From Bacilli bacterium (GTDB lineage: Bacteria; Bacillota_I; Bacilli_A; RFN20; CAG-826): 64,000 nucleotides of DNA. The notes under the pieces are model-generated. The model was not told the DNA's origin and ran no database searches. It worked only from the letters and a program-made list of their open reading frames with translations. Position 1 is the first letter of the stretch; the number at the start of each line of letters is the position of its first letter. A program made the position numbers and the translations under genes. The DNA is taken from assembly GCA_045222195.1 (NCBI GenBank), contig JBGUXN010000002.1, forward strand, positions 17,659-81,658. Reading direction: 5' to 3'. Of this stretch, positions 44,486 through 53,313 are shown piece after piece.

Positions 44486-45276
44486 AAGATTATTTATATG
44501 CAGTTATTGGTATAGCTTTGATATTTATATGCACGACTATTGGTGTGCTTTTTGTCTTCTTTTTTAAAAACAAAACCATTTCACCAAGATTAAATAAGAT
44601 ATTCATTGGTTTTGCGGCAGGTGTCATGCTTTGTGCGTCTTTTACTTCTTTAATTGTTCCCGCTTTAAATAGTGAAGCCACTTATATGCCTTCCTGGTCA
44701 ATAGTGGCTATTTCGTTAATATTAGGTGCGGGTTTCTTATGGTTAATTGATAAATTAGTGCCACACTTCCATGTTAATGAAAATAAAGATGAAGGTTTAC
44801 CAGGTAGAGGACTCTCTAAAACAAGCAAAATGTTTTTAGCGGTTACTATCCATAATGTTCCAGAAGGTTTATCGGTTGGTATTGCCTTTGGTGTAGCATT
44901 AGCTAATCCCGGTAATCACGCTTTACTAATGGGCGCTTTATTACTCGCTATTGGTATTGGTATTCAAAACATTCCAGAAGGCGCTGTAGTGGCCTTACCA
45001 ATTAAAGGCGAAACAGGTTCTTCCTTAAAAGCTTTCTTATTTGGCATGGGTTCAGGCGCAGTTGAACCAATCGCCGCGGTCTTAGGCTTATTCTTAGCCA
45101 TGGAAATCCAAGCCATTATGCCTTGGTCATTAGCCTTCGCTGCGGGTTGCATGATTTATGTCGTCGCCGAAGAAATGATTCCAGAAATGAAAAGTGAAGA
45201 TCACGACCACTTTGGTGTCTGGTCATTTATCCTTGGTTTTGTCATTATGCTCGTTCTAGATTCAATACAATTATGA
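44482..45276 (+). CDS. ZIP-family divalent metal transporter (ZupT-like)
   Basis: HNVPEGLSVG and QNIPEGAVV motifs with 8 helices. ATGA overlap with the HMA gene. Confidence 0.85.
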   Translation: MKDYLYAVIGIALIFICTTIGVLFVFFFKNKTISPRLNKIFIGFAAGVMLCASFTSLIVPALNSEATYMPSWSIVAISLILGAGFLWLIDKLVPHFHVNENKDEGLPGRGLSKTSKMFLAVTIHNVPEGLSVGIAFGVALANPGNHALLMGALLLAIGIGIQNIPEGAVVALPIKGETGSSLKAFLFGMGSGAVEPIAAVLGLFLAMEIQAIMPWSLAFAAGCMIYVVAEEMIPEMKSEDHDHFGVWSFILGFVIMLVLDSIQL

Positions 45277-45315
45277 GAAATACATTAATATATAATTAAG
45301 GATTTATATTGATAT

Positions 45316-45346
45316 AAAGAGTTGAGTTTTGAGGCTCAACTTTTTA
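45316..45346 (+). terminator. Rho-independent terminator
   Basis: AGTTGAG (45320-45326) pairs with CTCAACT (45335-45341), followed by TTTT. Confidence 0.65.
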
Positions 45347-45422
45347 CTTAAATACGATTTTTTCGATAATGTTTGAATATTTATGTATTTTTATGTATTA
45401 TTATGTTGAAGGAGGAAATCCT

Positions 45423-45797
45423 ATGATTAAATGGTTCAATGTTAAAGATCGTACTGGCGTTGCTTCTCTCTATCCTAATAACATCACTCTTAATACCGCG
45501 GCGATGTCGCCATTAGACTTTGCCTATCGTGTGCAAGTTGGTCTTAATGAAGATGGCAATATCATCGTTCAACCATTATCACGCGAAGTGGTAGAATCAG
45601 GTGTCTTAGATGAATGCTGCTTACTCAAGTTAGAGATTCACAAAAGCTTCGCTAGAATCAGTTCTGCATCATTACTAAAACAGATAAGTGAAGCATTAGG
45701 CCTCACCTTATCAAAATCACCTATCCAATATCAAACCAACTGGGATAGCGTGGAAAATATCTTAATTATCAATGTGAAAGGAGGACAAAAATCATGA
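45423..45797 (+). CDS. Hypothetical 124-aa protein, first gene of the NfeD/SPFH operon
   Basis: GAAGGAGG SD before ATG 45423. ATGA overlap with the nfeD-like gene. Confidence 0.55.
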   Translation: MIKWFNVKDRTGVASLYPNNITLNTAAMSPLDFAYRVQVGLNEDGNIIVQPLSREVVESGVLDECCLLKLEIHKSFARISSASLLKQISEALGLTLSKSPIQYQTNWDSVENILIINVKGGQKS

Positions 45798-46246
45798 GTA
45801 TTGAAAACTATATGTGGATTATTTGGTTAGTCCTATTCGTCGCCATGTTAATCGTGGAAGCGAGTGGTCCCGCTCTTGTGTCCATTTGGTTCTCCTTTGG
45901 TGCGATTGTGGCCTTAATCCTCTCATTCATTCCAGGTGTTGAGTGGTGGATTGAAGTGATCGTCTTCGTCGTTATCTCGGTTGCGACACTTCTTGCCTTA
46001 CGTCCAGTATTAAAAAAATACATTAAGCGCAACAAATACAACACCAACATTGATAGCTTCACTGGTAAAAGAGGCTATGTCATCGAAGACATGACTTACT
46101 TAAGACCAGGCGCTGTTAAAATCGGAGATGTGAGTTGGACCGCTATTCCAGCTAACAAAGACGAAACAATCGTTGAGAACGAAATTATCGAAGTTGTTGC
46201 CGTTAACGGTAACAAATTAATTGTTAAGAAAGTCGAGGGTAAATAG
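45794..46246 (+). CDS. NfeD-family membrane protein
   Basis: Three N-terminal helices plus a C-terminal OB-like domain (GKRGYVIED...GAVKIGDVSWTA...IEVVAVNGNKLIVKK). Precedes the SPFH gene. Confidence 0.8.
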   Translation: MSIENYMWIIWLVLFVAMLIVEASGPALVSIWFSFGAIVALILSFIPGVEWWIEVIVFVVISVATLLALRPVLKKYIKRNKYNTNIDSFTGKRGYVIEDMTYLRPGAVKIGDVSWTAIPANKDETIVENEIIEVVAVNGNKLIVKKVEGK

Positions 46247-46247
46247 T

Positions 46248-47189
46248 ATGCCAGATGCATTAATTCCAGTCATTATCATTCTTTCCGTAGCAGTCTTCAT
46301 CCTGCTCATCATCTTAATCGCCAACATTAAGATCGTAAAACAAACTGAAAAGATTATCGTTGAAAGATTAGGTGCTTATCGTACCACATGGGGTGTCGGT
46401 ATCCACATGCTCCTTCCATTCTTTGATAGAGTGGCCTTAAAGGTTTCTATGAAAGAACAAGTCAAAGACTTTGAACCACAATCCGTTATTACTAAAGATA
46501 ACGTCACCATGCAAATTGATACCGTCGTCTTCTTCGTCGTCACAGATGCGAAATTATACGCATACGGCGTTGAAAACCCAATGAGTGCGATCAATTACTT
46601 ATCCGCTACAACATTAAGAAATATCATCGGTGAATTAGCGTTAGATGAATGCTTAACTTCTAGAGAAATCATTAATGAAAAGATGAGAAAAATCTTAGAC
46701 GAAGCCACAGACCCATGGGGCATCAAAGTCAACCGTGTTGAAGTTAAGAACATTCTCCCACCAAAAGATATCCGTGAAGCCATGGAAAAACAAATGAGAG
46801 CGGAAAGAGAAAAAAGAGAAAAAATCTTACTTGCTGAAGGTCAAAAGCAATCCGCCATTCTCGTGGCTGAAGGTCAAAAACAATCCGCTATCTTAGGCGC
46901 CGAAGCTGACAAACAAATGAGAATCCTTCGCGCTGAAGGTGAAGCTGAAAGCTTAAGACAAGTCAAGCAAGCGGAAGCTGATTCCATCCGTATGGTTAAA
47001 GAAGCGGAAGCAGAAGGCTTAAAGATGATCAACGAAGCCAAACCAAACGATGCTGCCTTACAACTCCGTTACTACGAAGCTCTTGCTAAGATGGCCGATG
47101 GTCAAGCCACCAAGATCTTCTTACCAGCAGATTTCTCTAAAGCGGGCTCCTTAGCCTCCGTTGTCAAAGAAGTGGTAAAAGACAAATAA
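46248..47189 (+). CDS. SPFH/band-7 (stomatin-like) protein
   Basis: N-terminal helix, IVERLGAYR..., DPWGIKVNRVEVKNI, AEGQKQSAIL repeats. Confidence 0.9.
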   Translation: MPDALIPVIIILSVAVFILLIILIANIKIVKQTEKIIVERLGAYRTTWGVGIHMLLPFFDRVALKVSMKEQVKDFEPQSVITKDNVTMQIDTVVFFVVTDAKLYAYGVENPMSAINYLSATTLRNIIGELALDECLTSREIINEKMRKILDEATDPWGIKVNRVEVKNILPPKDIREAMEKQMRAEREKREKILLAEGQKQSAILVAEGQKQSAILGAEADKQMRILRAEGEAESLRQVKQAEADSIRMVKEAEAEGLKMINEAKPNDAALQLRYYEALAKMADGQATKIFLPADFSKAGSLASVVKEVVKDK

Positions 47190-47252
47190 CCAATAATGTA
47201 AACCTTAACCAGTTTATATAGATAAAAGAGGTGTGGTATAATCTCATTGCTT

Positions 47253-48290
47253 ATGAAAAAGAAAATACTTCCCCTCTTTTTTATTGCCGCAGTTTCGTTA
47301 ACTGCCTGTGGTGGTAATTCTTTTCATTACGAAGAACATCTTTCTGACTATGTCATGAATATTGATCTCGGTGATAAGACGAATTTTAAAATACTACAGT
47401 TAACAGATTTACACATCTCTGACAAAGATGACCAAGACGAGTTATATCGTTATGTCGATACCTTAGTGGAGGATGCAAAAACAAAATATGGTGTCGACTT
47501 TATTGTCGTAACGGGTGACTTGTTTACATTTGCGTCTAGATGGACCGCTAAGAAATTATTCAATCACATGGAAAGCTATGGTGTGCCTTGGACAGTTGTT
47601 TTTGGTAACCACGACGAACAAACATATTTCTCTGTTGATTGGATGACTAATTATTTAAACAAATTTGGTAAGAATTGTTACTTCAAAGACATTCAAAATG
47701 ATGACGTTGAAGGTAACTGCAACTTTGTTGTTCACCTCAATAAAGGCGGCAAAGTTAAAGAACAATTAATCTTTATGGATAGTAACCGTTACCATTTCGG
47801 TACTGACTACAATGGTTATGATTATTTCAAAAACCCACAAATTGGTTGGTATAAAGCGATGGTTAATTATTCCAAAGAATTAAATGGTGAAGCAGCTCCT
47901 GCAAAATCATTAATGTTCTATCACATTCCATTACCAGAAATTAATAACATTACCGATCAAGAAGTCATGTTAAAAGATGATCCAAATTATTGCTTCCTCT
48001 ATGGCGAGAAGAAAGAAAAGACTTGCCCACCAGATCAAGACCTTGGTTTCTTCAAAGTTATTGACGAAATGGATGCCACAAACGGTATGTTCTTTGGTCA
48101 CGATCACATCAATGACTACGAAGCCGTTTATAACGATGTCTATTTCTGCTATGGCTTAAAGAGCACAGATCGTATCTATTACGATGAAGAAATGCTCGGC
48201 TATAAACTCATCGATTTAAAAGAAGATAGTACATTCGAAGTGAAGAGAACAAGAATCAGCTTCGATGGAAAGGAGAGATATTATGAGTAA
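47253..48290 (+). CDS. Calcineurin-like metallophosphoesterase lipoprotein
   Basis: Lipobox LTAC. LTDLHISD, VVTGDLF, FGNHDEQ, FFGHDHIND. Confidence 0.8.
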   Translation: MKKKILPLFFIAAVSLTACGGNSFHYEEHLSDYVMNIDLGDKTNFKILQLTDLHISDKDDQDELYRYVDTLVEDAKTKYGVDFIVVTGDLFTFASRWTAKKLFNHMESYGVPWTVVFGNHDEQTYFSVDWMTNYLNKFGKNCYFKDIQNDDVEGNCNFVVHLNKGGKVKEQLIFMDSNRYHFGTDYNGYDYFKNPQIGWYKAMVNYSKELNGEAAPAKSLMFYHIPLPEINNITDQEVMLKDDPNYCFLYGEKKEKTCPPDQDLGFFKVIDEMDATNGMFFGHDHINDYEAVYNDVYFCYGLKSTDRIYYDEEMLGYKLIDLKEDSTFEVKRTRISFDGKERYYE

Positions 48291-49155
48291 GAAATTCGTA
48301 ATCATTTCCTTAGCCATTCTCGCTGTTATTGGTTCTATTTGGACATTCTATGCTTCAAATATGTTCTTTGGTGATGTCTCTAACTTTGGTGCTGGTTTCA
48401 TGAAAACCACCTTGTTTGTGACTTTACCTGGATTATTATTAGGCGCGATGTTTGTGACTGCTTGTTTATTCATCGTCCGCTTCTATTTAAGACCAGCTTC
48501 TAGAAAAGTCTTAGCTAGAAACTACTTATTTATTGCTATTGCATTAGCAGCATTTGGTATTCTCTTTACCGTTTTAGGCGCTGTTCTTAATATGCATTCA
48601 TTCATTAAACCATACCCATTCCCAGGCTACTTAATTATTATGTTAGTCTTACATCTTTTAGTCATCGTTGGTTCAGCGGTGGTCTTATTTAAGGTTGTTC
48701 TTAAGATGCCTGATGATGCAGAAAAATACAAAGTTACTGTTAAACACATCTTCCATACACTTGGCTTATATTTATTAGTCGCTTTAGCGTTCAACCGTTT
48801 TGGCGCTTTCTTATTAATGCCAGTGTATTGCCAATTCTCCACTCTTTATAAGACATTTGTTTATTACTTGTTCTTATTAGTGCCAATGATGATTTTAGTC
48901 ATCAAAGTCATGAGAGTTTTAGAACTCGGTAAAAACCGCTTCTTAATGAGCATTGTCGTTTTAGCGCTTGCCGTTGTCTTATTTGGCGTTACCGCCTTAC
49001 TAGGTATGAATGATTCTTCATTCATTTCCGCTGTCAGTGCAGCAGCTCCATTAGAAAGATTAGGCTCTATGCCAATGGAAATCCTCATTCATGTCGTTTC
49101 CTATGTTGGCGTTTTAGTCTATTACGTTATAATAGAGAGGCCTAAAAAAGCTTAA
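48283..49155 (+). CDS. Polytopic membrane protein, unknown function
   Basis: AGGAGA SD before ATG 48283, 8 helices. Overlaps the upstream stop by 8 nt. Confidence 0.55.
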   Translation: MSKKFVIISLAILAVIGSIWTFYASNMFFGDVSNFGAGFMKTTLFVTLPGLLLGAMFVTACLFIVRFYLRPASRKVLARNYLFIAIALAAFGILFTVLGAVLNMHSFIKPYPFPGYLIIMLVLHLLVIVGSAVVLFKVVLKMPDDAEKYKVTVKHIFHTLGLYLLVALAFNRFGAFLLMPVYCQFSTLYKTFVYYLFLLVPMMILVIKVMRVLELGKNRFLMSIVVLALAVVLFGVTALLGMNDSSFISAVSAAAPLERLGSMPMEILIHVVSYVGVLVYYVIIERPKKA

Positions 49156-49162
49156 TTAAAAT

Positions 49163-50335
49163 ATGTCACCAATTGCGAAAGTACCAATTGAGAACTTCTT
49201 TTACCTTGAATCGCTATTACTTTGTTTACTCGTTTTAGCGGTTTTGTTCGTGGTGAATATCAGATACTGGAGACCTCTCATCATCAATAGGCTTTCATTG
49301 ATTTATATTTTCGTAGCTTTAACCATTCTCAGTTATGCCGCGTGGGTTTTCGTTGATGGGCACCCATCTGTAGCGTGGATCAATAAAGTAACTACCTTAT
49401 TTGCGACGACATTCATGACTTTAACATGTATGTTCTATTACTATTACATACTGAAACAAGTGGGTGTTACTTTCCAAAATGGTAAGTTCTGGTATATTAC
49501 CTCATTCTTTGCCATTGGTTGTTCCTTCATTTTATATTTTGTTTCCATTTGGACTGGAACAGCCTTCTATATCGATCAAAGCGGCCATTACCAAAGAGGA
49601 GTGCTCTTCTATGGGGATTTAATCGCTTCTTATGCTTACGTCGCTTGTGGCGTCGGTTTTGCGATCGCTAAAGCCCTGAAAGCGGATAACTTAACTGAAA
49701 GACATAAATACACAACTTTAGCGACAGCGATTATTCCAACAGTAATTTTAGGTATTATCAACAATGTCTTGCCATTCCCATCAGGTTTACCTACTGTCTT
49801 CTATGGCATTCTCGTTTCCTTATTAATTGTCTTTGCTTCTAGCTCCGCGAGTAGAGTTACTAGAGATGGCTTAACCGGTTTATTAAACCGTTTCGCTTTC
49901 GATAGACTTCTTTCCCAAATCATTAACAAATCCAATAGAAATGATGCGATGAACGTCTTCTTACTCATGATTGATATTAATGGTTTTAAAGGCATTAACG
50001 ATACATATGGTCACGCCTTGGGTGATGAAGTGCTTAAAAAAGTCACTTCCGTGATGGAGAAAGCCTGCGTTGAATACGATGCGACCATCGCTAGATGGGG
50101 TGGTGATGAATTCATCGCTTATTTAGAAACAAGCGAAGATTCTAAAGCCATCAGATTCCAACAAGTCTTAAAAGAAAGAGTTAATGAAGAATGTAATGAT
50201 GATCCAAGAGTCTTGGTCTCTATCTCTGTTGGTATGGCTAAACTCCGTGAATACGAAACCACAAAGCATCTCTTCGAAGAAGCTGATCATAAGTTATACG
50301 AAGATAAACAAAAATATCATCGTAGCAATCAATGA
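49163..50335 (+). CDS. Membrane-anchored diguanylate cyclase (GGDEF)
   Basis: Six or seven N-terminal helices. DGLTGLLNR ... NGFKGINDTYGHALGDEVL ... RWGGDEF. Confidence 0.85.
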   Translation: MSPIAKVPIENFFYLESLLLCLLVLAVLFVVNIRYWRPLIINRLSLIYIFVALTILSYAAWVFVDGHPSVAWINKVTTLFATTFMTLTCMFYYYYILKQVGVTFQNGKFWYITSFFAIGCSFILYFVSIWTGTAFYIDQSGHYQRGVLFYGDLIASYAYVACGVGFAIAKALKADNLTERHKYTTLATAIIPTVILGIINNVLPFPSGLPTVFYGILVSLLIVFASSSASRVTRDGLTGLLNRFAFDRLLSQIINKSNRNDAMNVFLLMIDINGFKGINDTYGHALGDEVLKKVTSVMEKACVEYDATIARWGGDEFIAYLETSEDSKAIRFQQVLKERVNEECNDDPRVLVSISVGMAKLREYETTKHLFEEADHKLYEDKQKYHRSNQ

Positions 50336-50904
50336 GTATATTTGTTAGGTAATAATGAGACCACTAGAGTGGCAATCACAATCTTAGCAATATCAAAAGG
50401 AATATAAGGCACTACACTAATGAGTAGTGCTTTTTCTATACCAATATTCAAATAAAACTTTAAGAAAATCGTTCCGATTGCGTAGCAAATAAGTAACGCG
50501 ATGATGCACGCTAAACCCATTCTAATAAATTGATTCTTAATTTTTAGTTTGTTTAAAAAATATAGAGGAATCGTAATAACAGGGAACGATAAGACAAAAC
50601 CAAAAGTAGGGGATGGACCAGCACTAAATCCCGCATATATTGGTAGGAACAAACCTAAAAGCACATATAAACCAGTCACAATTAAAGAATCCACAAAAGA
50701 AGAAGCGGTGAGCCCAATAATAAAGACCATCAATAATTGAAGCGAAACTTTGATATTATCCCCTAAGGGGAGGGCAAACATTCCTATCACACAAAGAAGG
50801 GCTAAATATATCGCGTTTTTAGTAATTCTTTTAATAAGATGGTTTTGATTCATACCCACTAATAATAGACTATTTTTAAAGACTTTTTTTAAAATATTAA
50901 CCAT
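50329..50904 (-). CDS. bioY: BioY-family biotin transporter S component
   Basis: ALPLGDNIKVSLQLLMVFIIGL, GPSPTFGFVLSFP, VPYIPFDIAKI resemble conserved BioY blocks. Confidence 0.6.
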   Translation of the reverse strand: MVNILKKVFKNSLLLVGMNQNHLIKRITKNAIYLALLCVIGMFALPLGDNIKVSLQLLMVFIIGLTASSFVDSLIVTGLYVLLGLFLPIYAGFSAGPSPTFGFVLSFPVITIPLYFLNKLKIKNQFIRMGLACIIALLICYAIGTIFLKFYLNIGIEKALLISVVPYIPFDIAKIVIATLVVSLLPNKYTH

Positions 50905-50915
50905 TTTTCATTTTT

Positions 50916-50940
50916 TCCTCCTATAGGGTAAGTAGGAGGA
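50916..50940. promoter_or_regulatory. Mirrored Shine-Dalgarno pair forming an 8-bp inverted repeat
   Basis: TCCTCCTA (50916-50923), 9 nt, TAGGAGGA (50933-50940). One arm is the SD of bioY (minus strand); the other is the SD of the ORF6N gene (plus strand). Confidence 0.6.
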
Positions 50941-50947
50941 CTTTTCT

Positions 50948-51913
50948 ATGTCTGAGCAAAATAACGAACTAATTGAATTAACAGATGAAACAATATCTTC
51001 AATGATCTATGAAATACGAGGGCAGAAAGTAATGCTGGACTATGATTTAGCTAAAATATATGGATATTCAACGAAAGACTTCAACAAGCAAGTTAAAAAC
51101 AACATTGAGAAATTTGATGATGACTTCATGTTTAGATTGAGTCGAGAAGAAATGAAGGGCCTTTTGAGGTGGAAAAATTCCACCGCAAATACTTTATCTT
51201 CTAAAAGAAGATATAATCCGTATGCCTTTACTGAACAAGGCATTTACATGTTAATGACTGTCTTGAAAGGAGAACTTGCTGTAAAGCAAAGCAAGACATT
51301 AATTAGATTATTTAAACAAATGAAAGACTACATTGTGTCTTCAAACAACCTTTTGAAGGCAAACGAGATTCTCAAATTGTCAAATCAAGTTTCCAACAAT
51401 ACATCTCGTCTCGACACAATTGAAAACAAACTAGAAATGGTGATGGATGGATTCTCGGATTCATCAAAATTTACTCATATGCTAATCATGGATGGTGAAC
51501 GCATTGAATCAGATCTCGCTTATCAATCAATATACAAAGAAGCCTCTTTTTCCATTTTCATCGTTGATGATTATATCGATATCAAAACATTGCAACTGCT
51601 AAAATCATGCCATTCTAGCGTGGAAGTGACCGTCTTTACCGATAACAAATGCAAAAACAGTATTACCAAAGAATTTATCAATGATTTCTTTTTGGACACT
51701 GGTATCAACATTGTATTTAAGAAAAATAATGGCCGTTTCCATGATCGATATATTTTTATTGATTACAATCACGATAATGAAATCATTTATCACTGTGGGA
51801 CATCAAGCAAAGACTCTGGTAGTAAAATAACAACAATTATGAGAATTGATGTCAAAAAGCAATATCATCAAATAATCGAGGACATTTTGCATAATTCGTT
51901 GTTGTCTTTTTGA
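50948..51913 (+). CDS. ORF6N-domain DNA-binding protein with an uncharacterised C-terminal domain
   Basis: IYEIRGQKVMLDYDLAKIYGYSTKDFNKQVKNNIEKFDDDFMFRLS...NPYAFTEQGIYMLMTVLKG. C-terminal FHDRYIFID...YHCGTSSKDSG. Confidence 0.75.
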   Translation: MSEQNNELIELTDETISSMIYEIRGQKVMLDYDLAKIYGYSTKDFNKQVKNNIEKFDDDFMFRLSREEMKGLLRWKNSTANTLSSKRRYNPYAFTEQGIYMLMTVLKGELAVKQSKTLIRLFKQMKDYIVSSNNLLKANEILKLSNQVSNNTSRLDTIENKLEMVMDGFSDSSKFTHMLIMDGERIESDLAYQSIYKEASFSIFIVDDYIDIKTLQLLKSCHSSVEVTVFTDNKCKNSITKEFINDFFLDTGINIVFKKNNGRFHDRYIFIDYNHDNEIIYHCGTSSKDSGSKITTIMRIDVKKQYHQIIEDILHNSLLSF

Positions 51914-51928
51914 TGTTTTGCTATACTA

Positions 51929-53311
51929 ATGGTTGATATGGCGGTTCGTTATTTAATCATTAAACATCTCTCGCTCGGTTATGGAGTGTTACTAAAAAGA
52001 GACAATAATGATGCAGGAAAAATCTATTTCGCAGAATCAGGGATGAAGACCATGGTCCTTTCTCATCCTTATTTATCTGTCGCCGATAAGATTTCTCTTA
52101 ATAAGTTTGTCTCTTTAGGCCTTTATGAAGGTCTATTTGACAAGGACACTAAAGAGAGAGCAAAAGAATATATCGATAACCGTATTAAAAATATGCATTT
52201 AAGTGAAAATGAATGCTATGGAGCGATTATCGGTACCCACGAATATTCTTTTAGAATCACAATCGATAATAACTCATTTATTACCTTATCTTGTACATGT
52301 CCTGTGGAAGGTGCTTGTAAGCACCTATACGCGGTATTTGTAAATATCAAAAAGCTCATTGATCCAAAGGCTAATGAAGCGAAAATGTTATCCCCAAGTG
52401 AAGATAACAACGAATTTAAAAACGCTTTAGAAAGATATTTATATGTGAGAGGCGCGGATAACTTGCCACTTATTTCTAAATTCAATTATCAAATTAGAAG
52501 TTTTGATAAAGCCCGTTTATTTATTGAAACCTTATATCCTTTCTATCAAAGAGGACAATATAAAGCCCGTATCATTAATGATATCCTTTCTCCTTTATAC
52601 TTTAATGCCTCTAACTATGATAACTTTAATAAAATTAAAGAAGATACTTCTGAAGATATCTTAGGCATGTTAAATGAAGCGGAAGCCTATTATCAAAATA
52701 ACTTATATAAAGACTACGAAAGAAAGAATAGCGAGACTAAAAAATCAAATCTTTATCACATTCTTTTAACTCCTGATTGTGATGCGCTTATTTCTTTACT
52801 CAAACACGCGGAAGATAACTATTCCGAAGAAAGAATCGCTTCCCAAGTGATGGTGGAGTTCATCAAATATCAAGATTTAACCATTGAAAATATCGCGGAT
52901 TTAAAATCCTGCTATATCTTTCAAATGAATCATCGTTTCTATATGTCTGATCTCATGAATTCCCCGATGAAGAATAGACTTAGTTCTTATTTACTATTCT
53001 TTGATGAATTGCCTTTAGACGAAAACAAAATTAAACAAATTCCTTTGGAATATTTCTTAAAAGTGGCGGCGTTCAGTAACGATAAATCACATTATGTGCA
53101 AATCGCCCATGCGTATTTTGAACAAATTAAAGATGAGAATATTCCTTTGCTCGCTGAATTACTAGTGGGTGTTTCTTTACAGCACGATTACGTTGATGAA
53201 AGAACAATTAGATTAACTATCGAACTATCTAAAAAGATTCCAGAAGCGACATATATTCAAGAACTCGTAGAGAACAATATTAGAAGACCAAAGAAGGCTA
53301 AGGTGCGTTAA
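51929..53311 (+). CDS. SWIM zinc-finger protein (YwqB-like)
   Basis: SWIM motif CTCPVEGACKHLYAV. Ends 2 nt before the SNF2 gene. The start may be ATG 51938. Confidence 0.7.
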   Translation: MVDMAVRYLIIKHLSLGYGVLLKRDNNDAGKIYFAESGMKTMVLSHPYLSVADKISLNKFVSLGLYEGLFDKDTKERAKEYIDNRIKNMHLSENECYGAIIGTHEYSFRITIDNNSFITLSCTCPVEGACKHLYAVFVNIKKLIDPKANEAKMLSPSEDNNEFKNALERYLYVRGADNLPLISKFNYQIRSFDKARLFIETLYPFYQRGQYKARIINDILSPLYFNASNYDNFNKIKEDTSEDILGMLNEAEAYYQNNLYKDYERKNSETKKSNLYHILLTPDCDALISLLKHAEDNYSEERIASQVMVEFIKYQDLTIENIADLKSCYIFQMNHRFYMSDLMNSPMKNRLSSYLLFFDELPLDENKIKQIPLEYFLKVAAFSNDKSHYVQIAHAYFEQIKDENIPLLAELLVGVSLQHDYVDERTIRLTIELSKKIPEATYIQELVENNIRRPKKAKVR

Positions 53312-53313
53312 TA

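Noticed and set aside
46833-46898. Tandem 33-nt duplication (AEGQKQSAILV / AEGQKQSAILG) in the SPFH gene
   Set aside because: Repeated AEG-x-KQ-x-AIL units are a normal conserved feature of the C-terminal helical region of stomatin/HflKC-like proteins. This is not a recent or unusual event.
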